From the NCBI GenBank assembly GCA_048937405.1, contig JBHLNF010000002.1, forward strand, positions 416,001-480,000: a DNA stretch of 64,000 nt. Reading direction: 5' to 3'. Below are positions 1 through 10,535 of this stretch, in pieces. Each line of letters begins with the position of its first letter. Position 1 is the first letter of the stretch. A program made the position numbers and the translations under genes. The notes below the pieces were generated by a model. The model did no database searches. It was not told the DNA's origin and saw only the letters and a program-made list of their open reading frames with translations. The stretch is from Promethearchaeota archaeon. Lineage in GTDB: Archaea > Asgardarchaeota > Lokiarchaeia > Sigyniarchaeales > SOKP01.

Positions 1-2
1 TA

Positions 3-1163
3 GAAACTCAGAACATTACTCTTTTTATTTCTTTTTTAAATAAAATTAAGTACAAAGCAAGTAAAGATATATTATCCGCTAAAAGAATCATTAATTCAGA
101 GAATTTTAATTATATAAATTCAATAATTGAAAGTGAAGAACAAATCAACCTGTCTCATCCTAAATTAAAAAAGATAGTATCAATTATAAAAGAGGAAGTT
201 GAGGAGTTTAATAACAACAAAATTCTTATTTTTACACAATATCGTGAAATGGCAGAATTTCTCAAGAATTTTTTAAAAAATGAATTTAAAGAACAATTTA
301 AAATTGAAAAATTTATTGGTCAAACATCAAAAACGGATGATACAGGATTTCCTCAGCATTTACAGATAGAAATAATGAATAAATTTAGAGAAGGAATAAT
401 AGACATTCTTATTGCTACAAGTGTTGCTGAAGAAGGATTAGATATTCCTAATGTAGATGCAATAATCTTTTTTGAACCTGTTCCATCAGAAATTAGATTA
501 ATTCAAAGAAGAGGAAGAACTGGTAGATACGCTCCAGGAAGATGTTATATACTTGTTACAGAAGAGACTGCTGATATCCCCTTTTTTATTGTTGCTAGGC
601 GTAAAGAAAGTTCTATGAATTCAGTTCTATCTGATTCTGGACAATTAAATTTAAATGAAAACTTAAAAAGAAAAAAAATTGAGTTTCCTCAACAAAAAGA
701 AAAACGTCAAGAATCTCATATTTTTAAAAATTTTAGAGAAAAGAGAGAATTAGAACAAGAATTTTTATCAAATCGATCTATAGAAGAGATTCTTTTCCGA
801 TTAGATAATTTCTGTAATAGTGAAGAATATAAAAATATCAAAAATTGTGGTGTTACATTTTATTCAGACTTAATAAAATTTGATGAATCCACTATACGAG
901 AAAAAATAAAAGAATTAAAAGTTCATAAAAATAATAAACCTAATCACCAAAAAATATATTTAAATAAACATGTAAAAACCTTAGTAAATTTAGTTAAGAT
1001 TTATGGTATTAATGGTTCATTAAATTACAATAAATTTCAAGAACTTGCTCAAGAAGAGGATATTATTGATAGGAAGTTTTATCTTCATTTCGATCAAGCC
1101 TGTTCTTTAGGATATCTCAAAAAATTAGATAATCAGGTCCATTTTATTATGGATTTTGATTAG
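3..1163 (+). CDS. Hef/FANCM-like SF2 helicase, C-terminal part (5' end outside window)
   Basis: The frame is open from nt 3 (ETQNITL...HPKLKKI...KILIFTQYREMAE), upstream of the listed Met. It contains helicase motifs IV (IFTQYR), V (ATSVAEEGLDIP) and VI (IQRRGRTGR). Confidence 0.85.
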   Translation, partial: ETQNITLFISFLNKIKYKASKDILSAKRIINSENFNYINSIIESEEQINLSHPKLKKIVSIIKEEVEEFNNNKILIFTQYREMAEFLKNFLKNEFKEQFKIEKFIGQTSKTDDTGFPQHLQIEIMNKFREGIIDILIATSVAEEGLDIPNVDAIIFFEPVPSEIRLIQRRGRTGRYAPGRCYILVTEETADIPFFIVARRKESSMNSVLSDSGQLNLNENLKRKKIEFPQQKEKRQESHIFKNFREKRELEQEFLSNRSIEEILFRLDNFCNSEEYKNIKNCGVTFYSDLIKFDESTIREKIKELKVHKNNKPNHQKIYLNKHVKTLVNLVKIYGINGSLNYNKFQELAQEEDIIDRKFYLHFDQACSLGYLKKLDNQVHFIMDFD

Positions 1164-1217
1164 CTTGAATTTTAATATAAGAAAAAAAGTTAAAAAACCC
1201 ATATTATGAAATGGTAA

Positions 1218-4200
1218 TCAATTAATTGTTTGTTCTTTATTTTTTTTTAGTACATAAAAGATTAAAATAAGAATTGTTAGGGTTATAGGCAACGCAATTA
1301 CGACGGGATTATTTCCACTAAAAAGATAAAAATAATAGGTGATAGTAATAATAGAAGCAAATAAAGCGATTACACTTCCATACTGACTAGCCAAATTTTT
1401 CAGATGACGTAACATCATATTTAATTTATAATTAGTGCTTTTTATAACTTCTAATTCAGTTTCATCTAATTCATCTAAAACTTCGGGATTTTCGAAATAA
1501 ATAGCAATTCGAGGATCAAACTTGCCTTCTAATTCTCCTGAACTAATTAAAAATAGTAAATGGTCTTGAATATTTTGTTTTTTTATTTTTAATTCATTGT
1601 TTAAAAAACCAACTGTCAAATATTCATTCGCTACAGCTTTTATTGTCATTTTTATATATGATTTTAAAATCAAACGTTCCAACGCTTTTACTTTTTCGTT
1701 TAAAATCTCAAAATATTCCTCAATAAATTTATTAAAATCATCTAAAACGAATTTAGATATTTGTAAAAAGTTTTTTGACTTTTTAGAAAAATCCTTAATG
1801 GTATTTTCAATGTGTTTTTTAACTTCTTTTATCTCTAATTCAATATTCTTAGCTCGTTTTTGGATGAGATAATTACATTTCTTGAATTCTTTAATTTCAA
1901 TATTATCTTCTACTTTCCTTTCCAAATTACCTAGTAATTGACTCAAATGAATTTTTTTATTATTTATTATTATTATTAATTGTTCACGGAATGATTCATT
2001 CTTCAATGAAGTTATCTTATCAGTAATTTTGTGAACTTTATTATCAAATTCATTACTATAAGAATTTTTCGATCTCACATACAATTCTCTTATTTCAGGA
2101 ATTAGCTTATTTAAATCCTCAGTTGCATTCAAAACTGATTTTATTTGTTCCTCAACCTTATTTTGAACTTTTTTGAAATTTTCATTAATTAAATGCTTTT
2201 CAGTTTCATAAATGTCTTGAATTTTTATATAATTATCATAGTTTTCCATCCTTCTGAAAACTTTATTACTAAACTCTCTTATTTCATTATTGAGATTATT
2301 GAATTGTTTTTCAAGGTAATTATGCATTTTATTAAATAAGTTAAGACTACTTTTTATATCACTAATAGCAATTCTGTCATTTTCTAAAATTGATTCAAAA
2401 TATTTTTTGGTTTCAATGAATTCGGTTCTTTCTTGGAGAATTTTAAGATCTCTTGCTTTTTCATTGAACTTATTAGGGAGAAAATCATCGAAGATATTTA
2501 ATTCATTAATTCTATTTTGAAGCTCTAACATATTTACATTTAAGGTTCTATTCCTTATACTTGAATCATATAGTGCTAAAATTTTGCCAATTCTCTCTCT
2601 ATTTAATTTTAATAAATGATTATCCACATAATTTTTAAGATCTTTGTTTAAATAATAATAATCTGTGTACACTAAAATGGATTTTTCATCCTCATTAAGT
2701 TCTGCATTCATTTTTGAAAGATCTATCATATCCTTTAATCTACTGATGAGGACTTTGCATGATAATTTTACTTCATTTTTTAAATCATCTAATTTAATGT
2801 AATTTGTTTTCTTCTCAATTGCTATTATGTTTACGCTATTTGAAATTACTTTATTAATATATTCATCTTTTAAAATAGAAAGATCATCGTTAAAAGATTC
2901 AATGAAATTTTCCCATTGAATTATACTTAATTCTGACTGTTCCTTAAAATTCTCAATATTTTTTGTACATTCATTTATTTTTTTTAAATATAACTTTTTT
3001 GATTTAGTGAATTGACTCTGAATATGATCAAATTCTTTATTAATCTGGTCAATTTTCAAATTATCAGAATGATCAAAATTATTTTTGATTATTTTTAGTT
3101 GAGATTTCAAATTTGAAATTTCTTGTGAAACAAAATTATCAAAATCTTCAATTTTAGATTTATTTCTCTCCTCAGCTATAAATTTTTTTAACGTTTTAAC
3201 CTGATTGGCAATTAATTCAATTACTTCAGCTTCTAATTCTTCTAAAATCTCCTGTAAATGGCGATAAAGTAAATAAAGTTTTTGTTTCTTTCGTATCTCT
3301 CGTTTTACAATAGACTGAATCTCTTTGATTTCAGCTATTTTCTCTTTCATCAAGAGATCATATTCTCTCTTGGTGAAATTATAAGCATCTTGAAAATCAT
3401 TTGCTTTTATTTTATTTTTTGCTTTTTCTCCAATTTCTAATATTTCTGCTTTTATCTGTTTACTAACGTCCTCTATTTTTTGAAGATTTATGTTGAAAAA
3501 TTGAAATCCTTTGATATAGAAATCAAATTCAGTATTAAATTGTTCTTTAATTTTTATCCAATTTTCAATTATTTTTTTATGTTTTTTAACAATTTTCTTT
3601 TCCTTAACTGTAATCTGTTGAGAAACACCATATATTATATGATCATATTTTCTTACATTTTGAGAAAGTTGGTCCAAACTTTGAATAATAAGATTTAATT
3701 CTACCTCGTCATATTTCTTTTCAAGAATCTCGTTAAATTGTTTCTTAAATAAATCTAATTTTTTTATTAAGTCCTCCTCTAAAACGTCTATTTTTTCATT
3801 TAAAGTCTCTAATAAACTAGATAAATTTCTTAATTCTTCTTTTTCTTGAATTTTACCTTTTAGATATGACTCAACTTCTGATAATTTCTTCTGTAAAACA
3901 GAATATTCTTTTTTCCATTGAGCTATTTCTGAACCTAAACTTGCTTGTATATTAATATATTTAAGAATCTCATTAAAAGAACCTTCAATATTCTCATTTA
4001 AAAAGTCTGCTTCCATTAAAGCATCACGTAGAATAAATTTTAAGCGTTCTTTTGCATAATTAGTCTCATTTATTACAAGATAACTTTCAATTTCTTCTCG
4101 AATTTGAGAACTGATATTTTTTAGCTTCAAAGTCATATTATAGATATCATTCTTGATATCATCTAGTTTCTCTTTTTCTTCATATAGTCTTTCTGTATTT

Positions 4201-5630
4201 AGATCCACATCAGAAATAATAATCTTTTTCAATAGATATTTTAAATAAAATAAATATTTAGTCCTAAATCCTAAAAATGATTTTTTAGTTCTTATAGCAC
4301 CAATGAATAATTTTTTATTTACCATATCCTTTATTGTAGGGAAAATATCTTCTTTTAATTTTAAAGGTTCTAAATGCTCTGTTTTATGTTTTTTGAAAAG
4401 TTCAGAAAGGGATATTATACTATTGTTATTCAATTTATTATAAAAATTTTTAAAGAATTCTTTCTTGCCATAACTGAAATTACTGATATAATTCTTGAAT
4501 TCAATCTCATTATCTAAAATCTGTAATTTAAAATTATAATTGAGATTAATGTATAAAATAAGTTCATCTATATATTCTACTAATCCAAAAGTCGACTTTA
4601 ATTGATTTATATCAACATACTTTTCTTTTTCAAGTTGTCTGAATAAAACCCTTTCAATTTCATCACTAAATTTTTTCCAAACGATAGATAAAAGAATTAT
4701 TAATTTTGAAGTTTCATTTAATATTTCAGAATTCCAATTCTCTGGATTCTTTAATATTTCTTTTAATTTTTGAGTAATAAAGGAATAAATTCCTGCAGGA
4801 TTATAATCCAATAACCATGAATATAATTCAAGGATATAAACTAACCAGAAAGTGATATCAACGTTATCATCCTGATTAAAACTGAAACCACCATTTTCTT
4901 TCTGAAGCTGTTGAAGTAATTGAAGTTCTTTATCTTTAACCTCCATATCCAAATCTAAATATTTAAGGCAAAGTAATCTAAAAATTAACGAGGAATCTTT
5001 TTTCTTTTCTCCCGTATATGTACGGAACTGCTCTCTATTTAAACGGACATCCACTCCAAGGATTGTAAATATTTCCATCACATAAAATAACAATTTTGAC
5101 GTAGAAATATTTCTACAAATTTCACAATCTTTGGCTTGGCAATGTATAAACTTATTCCCCTTTTTCAGTGATAAAATAAAATTTCTAATTTGTTCTTTTA
5201 CTTGAGTTCTTCCTTCGGATAACATGTATTGATTTAATAAACCTGCAGTTTTTAAACAGGACAGCGCAAAGAATGTAGAACAAATATCAGGATCATTATT
5301 AGAATGGGGAGTAGAAATAAATCCTATTTTATTATCCAGCTGAACTTCACAATTTTTAATAAAAGAAAAAATTTCATCCCTATTTTTCCTTTTTTCTAGT
5401 TTTAAATATTTCCGAAGCAATAGTAACCAAAAGACATTTTCAAGATTTAGATGCGATGTATTTATAAATTTTTGATTAAAATGTTCATAGAATTCAATTA
5501 TTTTATTATATTCACTATAATAAAAAATTAGAATATCTCTTCGTTTAATATTTATAAAAGATTTAAATGGTTCTTTTTTAAATTTTGTTATGTAAGGATA
5601 TGCAAATTTCTCTTCGTACGCATTGCTCAA
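1218..5630 (-). CDS. Large protein: N-terminal prenyltransferase-like alpha/alpha toroid, long coiled coils, PCI/winged-helix-like segments, C-terminal TM helices
   Basis: Toroid repeats IGFIS..PDICSTFFA and QKENGGFS..DITFW; extensive heptad-rich K/E/L/I regions; PCI-like segments (LKDMIDLSKMNAELN; LLFLISSGELEGKFD); two hydrophobic helices at the C-terminus. Confidence 0.6.
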   Translation of the reverse strand: MSNAYEEKFAYPYITKFKKEPFKSFINIKRRDILIFYYSEYNKIIEFYEHFNQKFINTSHLNLENVFWLLLLRKYLKLEKRKNRDEIFSFIKNCEVQLDNKIGFISTPHSNNDPDICSTFFALSCLKTAGLLNQYMLSEGRTQVKEQIRNFILSLKKGNKFIHCQAKDCEICRNISTSKLLFYVMEIFTILGVDVRLNREQFRTYTGEKKKDSSLIFRLLCLKYLDLDMEVKDKELQLLQQLQKENGGFSFNQDDNVDITFWLVYILELYSWLLDYNPAGIYSFITQKLKEILKNPENWNSEILNETSKLIILLSIVWKKFSDEIERVLFRQLEKEKYVDINQLKSTFGLVEYIDELILYINLNYNFKLQILDNEIEFKNYISNFSYGKKEFFKNFYNKLNNNSIISLSELFKKHKTEHLEPLKLKEDIFPTIKDMVNKKLFIGAIRTKKSFLGFRTKYLFYLKYLLKKIIISDVDLNTERLYEEKEKLDDIKNDIYNMTLKLKNISSQIREEIESYLVINETNYAKERLKFILRDALMEADFLNENIEGSFNEILKYINIQASLGSEIAQWKKEYSVLQKKLSEVESYLKGKIQEKEELRNLSSLLETLNEKIDVLEEDLIKKLDLFKKQFNEILEKKYDEVELNLIIQSLDQLSQNVRKYDHIIYGVSQQITVKEKKIVKKHKKIIENWIKIKEQFNTEFDFYIKGFQFFNINLQKIEDVSKQIKAEILEIGEKAKNKIKANDFQDAYNFTKREYDLLMKEKIAEIKEIQSIVKREIRKKQKLYLLYRHLQEILEELEAEVIELIANQVKTLKKFIAEERNKSKIEDFDNFVSQEISNLKSQLKIIKNNFDHSDNLKIDQINKEFDHIQSQFTKSKKLYLKKINECTKNIENFKEQSELSIIQWENFIESFNDDLSILKDEYINKVISNSVNIIAIEKKTNYIKLDDLKNEVKLSCKVLISRLKDMIDLSKMNAELNEDEKSILVYTDYYYLNKDLKNYVDNHLLKLNRERIGKILALYDSSIRNRTLNVNMLELQNRINELNIFDDFLPNKFNEKARDLKILQERTEFIETKKYFESILENDRIAISDIKSSLNLFNKMHNYLEKQFNNLNNEIREFSNKVFRRMENYDNYIKIQDIYETEKHLINENFKKVQNKVEEQIKSVLNATEDLNKLIPEIRELYVRSKNSYSNEFDNKVHKITDKITSLKNESFREQLIIIINNKKIHLSQLLGNLERKVEDNIEIKEFKKCNYLIQKRAKNIELEIKEVKKHIENTIKDFSKKSKNFLQISKFVLDDFNKFIEEYFEILNEKVKALERLILKSYIKMTIKAVANEYLTVGFLNNELKIKKQNIQDHLLFLISSGELEGKFDPRIAIYFENPEVLDELDETELEVIKSTNYKLNMMLRHLKNLASQYGSVIALFASIITITYYFYLFSGNNPVVIALPITLTILILIFYVLKKNKEQTIN

Positions 5631-5838
5631 TACTAAATAAGCCCCAGAGATGTTAATTTCTTTTTTTGTTAGTAATATAAATCAATCCATATATTTCTTT
5701 GGAATCAAAAATATTGAGTATGTGAATATTTCGTATATATAAAATCTCTTTATCTAATATTATCAATAACCTATCAATTTATGATAATATATTTGTAATA
5801 AATTATCAAAAAAATCTAATAATTATCAAAAAGAACAC

Positions 5839-6477
5839 TTATTTCTCTCTATTGTTTGTTTTGGATCGTGTAAGCAAATTTTTATTAAGATAAACACATA
5901 TTCCTGTAGAAATTAATGAAACGATGAAAAAAAAAAAAATTACATTAAATATTCCTGGTGATTTAGGTAAATTTATATACACATAATACTCCTCAGACTT
6001 TCCTACATTCTCAGATAAAGATGAATCTTTTGCCGAGATCTGAATAATATATTCACCCCCATTAGAATATGCACTAACATTACTCCAATAATAAAACCAT
6101 AAATTTTCATTTTCATAAAACATAGTGGCATTGAATAATGAAGTAGTCTGATTTGAGATTTGAAGTGTAACACTCCCATTTAAAGGAGGATTCTCATCAC
6201 TCACATTAACTTCTATAATAAATGTATAAACATTGATTATGGTATTGTTCTCACTGGGATTGATGAAGCTAATGATTGGAGATGATGTATCTTCATCTGA
6301 TCCTTGAGCTATATATACATCCCTATTATCAGTAAGATGATTTCTAAAATCATCTTGATTCCATAAAAAAGCATAATAATGAAACATAACAAGTACTAAA
6401 AAAAGAATATACAAAATAATATCCTTAAAGAATATCTTTCTCTCTTTCCCATTCAACACTAAAGCCATTGCTAACAA
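5839..6477 (-). CDS. Membrane-anchored surface protein with Ig-like domain
   Basis: N- and C-terminal TM segments flank a beta-rich domain (PIISFINP...YIIQISAKD) with several N-x-S/T sequons. Confidence 0.6.
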   Translation of the reverse strand: MLAMALVLNGKERKIFFKDIILYILFLVLVMFHYYAFLWNQDDFRNHLTDNRDVYIAQGSDEDTSSPIISFINPSENNTIINVYTFIIEVNVSDENPPLNGSVTLQISNQTTSLFNATMFYENENLWFYYWSNVSAYSNGGEYIIQISAKDSSLSENVGKSEEYYVYINLPKSPGIFNVIFFFFIVSLISTGICVYLNKNLLTRSKTNNREK

Positions 6478-6622
6478 TGCTTTTTGTTATATTGAATCAT
6501 AATTCTAATATAAAATTAAGTAATGAAATAAATTTATTTTTAGAAATCTAATTGATTTATAGAATTAAAAAAATAGAATGTATAAAAAAGAATAAAAAAA
6601 AGAAATAAGATTTTAATTAATA

Positions 6623-8050
6623 TTATTTTTTGTCTTTTGGTAAATGGCCTATCTCTTCTCTAATAGATGGGGTTAAAAAGTCTTTTTCCGTAGGCTTATT
6701 TAATATCTCTAAAAGATTATATTCTGTGATCATTTGAAGGATTCCCAGAACTTTCATACCATGCTCGTACATATCGTTCGCATCGGACAAATTCCTCCAA
6801 CAAAATGGACACTCAGTTGTTAAAATATCCGCTCCAACAGCATTCGCTTCATCACATCGTAAACTTGCTGTTTTAAGTGAAAATTCAGGATATCCTGCCC
6901 TTACTCCACCTCCAGCTCCGCAACACATACTATCAATTTTTATTCTGTACATCTCTTTGAATACTAAACCTACATCCTCCTCAAGTTTTCTAAGAATGAT
7001 ACGTGGAACTTCATACCATGCTTCGATTGCTTTATCAATCGCTCGATGTTCTATTATAAGCTTCGTTGATTCTTTTATCATTTCTTGCTCCATATCGATA
7101 GCAAAATGTCTGCCTGTATGACAAGGATCATGATAAGTAACAACTTTTCCTTTCAATTCTTTGTTTGGTTTGAATTTGATTTTCTCTTGTTGCACTAATC
7201 TTGCAACAAGTTCAAATGCGTGTTGTGTTTTAAATGGAAGCTTCTCATCCTCACCCATCCATTTTGGATAATCGATAGTAAAAGTTCTATAACAACCTGC
7301 ACAACTAAAATAGACCATTTTGACATTCTTGAAAGCTTCGAGATTTTTTCTCATTAATTCCTGAGCGGTATCAACTGCCCCAATTCTAAAGAATGGACTT
7401 CCACAACATACTTCATCATCAACTAAGGTAAAATTCATCCCTAATTGCTCAAATAATTTAGCAGTTGCAATTGCTACTTCTACTTGACGATAACTAGCTG
7501 TACATCCAACGTAATAGGCAATTTTTGCATCCTTATTATCAATAAACTTTTCTAGTCCTGCATCCTTCGCCCATTTCATTCTTTCACTAGCAGCTCCACC
7601 ATATGGATTATTTCTTTCTTTGACTAATTTATCCACTACCTCATGTTTATCGATCATCGGTATACCAGCTTCTATACATGCTGCCCTCAATGATTCAATG
7701 ATATCAACAGTAGGAACCTTATTTTCACATTGCGCTGAGCATTGACCACATGTTATACAGGGTAAAAATACATCTCGCACTTCTTCACTAAATTCTAAAT
7801 CACCACTTAAAATCGAGCGAGCAATCCACATTTTACCGGCATTCCAGAAAGCTTCCCATCCATATTCTATTCCCGCAGGACATGCATCTACCATTCCTTC
7901 ATAAAGAACCGTTCCTTGCTTTCCTGCAAATTCTCCTATTCCCTCCCTATCAGGTTCATTCGAATAAGCAAATCTACATGCTTTACAATGAATACATTTA
8001 TAAACCTCTTTTTTTAATTCTTCTAATCTTTCCATTCCTGTTTTTGCCAT
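6623..8050 (-). CDS. Fe-S oxidoreductase, HdrD/GlpC-like (ferredoxin motifs plus two CCG domains)
   Basis: CxxCxxC motifs (CIHCKAC, CITCGQC..C), VCCG, YHDPCH, MCCGAGGG, ECPFC. SD-like GGAGGT lies upstream of the ATG. Confidence 0.9.
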   Translation of the reverse strand: MAKTGMERLEELKKEVYKCIHCKACRFAYSNEPDREGIGEFAGKQGTVLYEGMVDACPAGIEYGWEAFWNAGKMWIARSILSGDLEFSEEVRDVFLPCITCGQCSAQCENKVPTVDIIESLRAACIEAGIPMIDKHEVVDKLVKERNNPYGGAASERMKWAKDAGLEKFIDNKDAKIAYYVGCTASYRQVEVAIATAKLFEQLGMNFTLVDDEVCCGSPFFRIGAVDTAQELMRKNLEAFKNVKMVYFSCAGCYRTFTIDYPKWMGEDEKLPFKTQHAFELVARLVQQEKIKFKPNKELKGKVVTYHDPCHTGRHFAIDMEQEMIKESTKLIIEHRAIDKAIEAWYEVPRIILRKLEEDVGLVFKEMYRIKIDSMCCGAGGGVRAGYPEFSLKTASLRCDEANAVGADILTTECPFCWRNLSDANDMYEHGMKVLGILQMITEYNLLEILNKPTEKDFLTPSIREEIGHLPKDKK

Positions 8051-8071
8051 TTTTTTATCAACCTCCTTTCT

Positions 8072-9562
8072 TTATGGAAGAGCAAGTCTCCCTGGGTGCA
8101 TTATCATATTTGGATCAACAAGCTTTTTAAAAGCCCTTAGATATTTCCAATACATTCCTGCTTGATAATACGCTTGTATATGAATGTATGGGTCTGGTCT
8201 ATAATTTAACCAACCTTGTTTTAACGCGTATTCTGTAGTCTCTCTATTTAATTCTTGAACTCTTTCGAAATCTGACTGTTTAGTGGAGTCAAAACCAATT
8301 ATAGGCATACATATCGCTTGTCTGCAACGCTCAATACTAGCTACCCAAATTGTAGGGGGAAGACCATGTTTCTCCGCCGCTTTTATATACATATCGCAAA
8401 AGTGAGCGCATTCATTCCATGGTGTATACCATGTAATAAAGAGAAAACCAGCTTCCCATAAACTATATGAAATTGCTAGTTTATTTGGCTTTTTCATTCG
8501 ACTTGCTATTTGTTTAGGATGTAATTCTTGTTTTACAAGAGCATCAGGATCTTTTGCTCGCTTTTTAAAATCTTCTGCTTGTTTGTCGATAGTCTCAATT
8601 ACATGCTCCAATTCGCTTTTTTCTTGAGCCCAAATCTCCCAATTCATCCACCATGGTGCAACTCCAAGTTCCTTATAGAATTCATAATCATGTGGGACTT
8701 TATCTTTTGGCCAGCGAGTCATAACTAAAGGATAATTTCCTCCCTGAACCATTACAGTATGATGAGCAATTCCAAACTCTTTTTTACCAACTTCAAGAGT
8801 TAAGTCTTGCATATCATAAGGATTCGACATACACCAGACAACTACAGTTTTATGTTTTGGGTGGGGATAAATTTTCACAGCAGCTTTAGTAATAACACCC
8901 ATAGACCCTTGAGAACCCATTAAATAACTCCACATATCAGGACCTAAACCATATTTATAAAATGGTTTAGCAAAAGGAAGTGCCCAAGATCCAGTTCGTA
9001 CTACATCTCCATTAGGGAAAACAATTTCTCCACACATAAAATTATCTCCCTGTGGACCAACTGAAGACGTATATAAAGAGAATCCCCGATCAATTGCATC
9101 TCCCATAACTGTCGCTGCTGGAGGTGCACCATCAGGAATAGGGGGTGCCCAATCTGGGTGGTTTTTATTCATATAAGCCCAGAGTTCCCCATTAGTAACT
9201 CCCGGTTCTATAATACAATATCGATTTTCCTCATCGATTTCAATGATCCTTTTCATTCTTCCTAAATCAAGAACAACTCCACCAGGTCTTATTGTAGGGC
9301 ATGCAAATCCTCCAGATAACCCACCGGAGATAGGACTTACAGGGATCTTTTCAGCAGAACAATAAATCAATATTTTGCGTATCTCCTCGACATATTTCGG
9401 TCTAATAACGATATTAGGAATCTGTGACTCTAATCCCATAACTGATTTTGCCAAATAACCCGCAGTAATTGCCTTGTTGTTTGTAGCAAATTCTTTACCG
9501 ACAATACCAATCATAGCTTCTAAATCTTTTTCATCTGGTAATTTATAGCTCATATTTTCCAA
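8072..9562 (-). CDS. FAD-binding oxidoreductase, VAO/PCMH (GlcD-like) family
   Basis: VLDLGRMKRI, IEPGVT, GDAIDRG, GPD..LMGSQGSMGVITK and C-terminal DPNMIMHPG. Co-oriented with the CCG protein, 21 bp apart. Confidence 0.88.
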   Translation of the reverse strand: MENMSYKLPDEKDLEAMIGIVGKEFATNNKAITAGYLAKSVMGLESQIPNIVIRPKYVEEIRKILIYCSAEKIPVSPISGGLSGGFACPTIRPGGVVLDLGRMKRIIEIDEENRYCIIEPGVTNGELWAYMNKNHPDWAPPIPDGAPPAATVMGDAIDRGFSLYTSSVGPQGDNFMCGEIVFPNGDVVRTGSWALPFAKPFYKYGLGPDMWSYLMGSQGSMGVITKAAVKIYPHPKHKTVVVWCMSNPYDMQDLTLEVGKKEFGIAHHTVMVQGGNYPLVMTRWPKDKVPHDYEFYKELGVAPWWMNWEIWAQEKSELEHVIETIDKQAEDFKKRAKDPDALVKQELHPKQIASRMKKPNKLAISYSLWEAGFLFITWYTPWNECAHFCDMYIKAAEKHGLPPTIWVASIERCRQAICMPIIGFDSTKQSDFERVQELNRETTEYALKQGWLNYRPDPYIHIQAYYQAGMYWKYLRAFKKLVDPNMIMHPGRLALP

Positions 9563-9854
9563 CCTATTAATAATTCTTCTAAATCTTGTTTTTTTATAAT
9601 TTAAAATATTATTTTGGAAAATTAAGTACTAAATTTTAATTTTTCTTATATCTTTTACAAGTAAACAAAGATTTTTTCTTTATTTTTAGAGTATTGTTTT
9701 AATTAATTAAAGTGTATTAAACATTCTTTAATGATAGAAATAGTTTGAGAATAACTTCAGAAATTCTTTTCTTATCTTGTTTTAAAGATATGAGTTGAAT
9801 TATTCTTCTATTATAAATATTATTTTTATCTAATTAGGTATTGCTATACCAAAA

Positions 9855-10424
9855 TTATATTTCTTGAATTTCCTGATCTAATCCTATTTGGTTATATTCA
9901 CTATTAATATTAGAAAATGTCGAGAATTTTCTATGTTTATTATCATTTATAATGAATTTATGAAAAGTTTTATTTTGATCATCAATAAATTCTCTAAATT
10001 CTTCATAAATTTCTTTTAATGTCATTTTTCTATTATTTAGGGGGCCTTCTTGCTTGATACTTTTGTTTTCACTATTTTTTTCCTTATTTATAGGGACAAA
10101 TTTCACAATATCTCTATCATAAATTATTTGCTCAAATAGATCACGATCTTTATTATCAAATTGACTAAATGCTTTGACACCATTGCTTAAATTTTTTGTA
10201 CTTTCTTGGTTCAATTCCAAATCAACCTTTTGATATCCTCGAATTTGAAATTGATTGTCCATAAAAAATTGAAAGTGATGAGGGCAAATTAGACCTTTTT
10301 GGATTGAAATTGTAGTTAATCGAGAGTTTTTATTTATTTGTGATCTTGGTATACCAACAAGATCTCTGGTTTTACAGATTGGACAAATGACTTGAATCTT
10401 ATTTGTCTTTGTAATAATATTCAT
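9855..10424 (-). CDS. Zn-ribbon-like hypothetical protein (CPxC...CxHxF family)
   Basis: CPICKT...ICPHHFQFFMD..IRGYQKVD; paralogous N-terminus at 53551-54399. Confidence 0.6.
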   Translation of the reverse strand: MNIITKTNKIQVICPICKTRDLVGIPRSQINKNSRLTTISIQKGLICPHHFQFFMDNQFQIRGYQKVDLELNQESTKNLSNGVKAFSQFDNKDRDLFEQIIYDRDIVKFVPINKEKNSENKSIKQEGPLNNRKMTLKEIYEEFREFIDDQNKTFHKFIINDNKHRKFSTFSNINSEYNQIGLDQEIQEI

Positions 10425-10535
10425 TAAGAATCACAAAATTAAATTAATTAAAAGTATTTTATATGTCTCTAAATTGGCATATTTAAACTTCTGCAATTCT
10501 CTCTTTTTATTAAAAATTCATTAAATCACAAAAAA

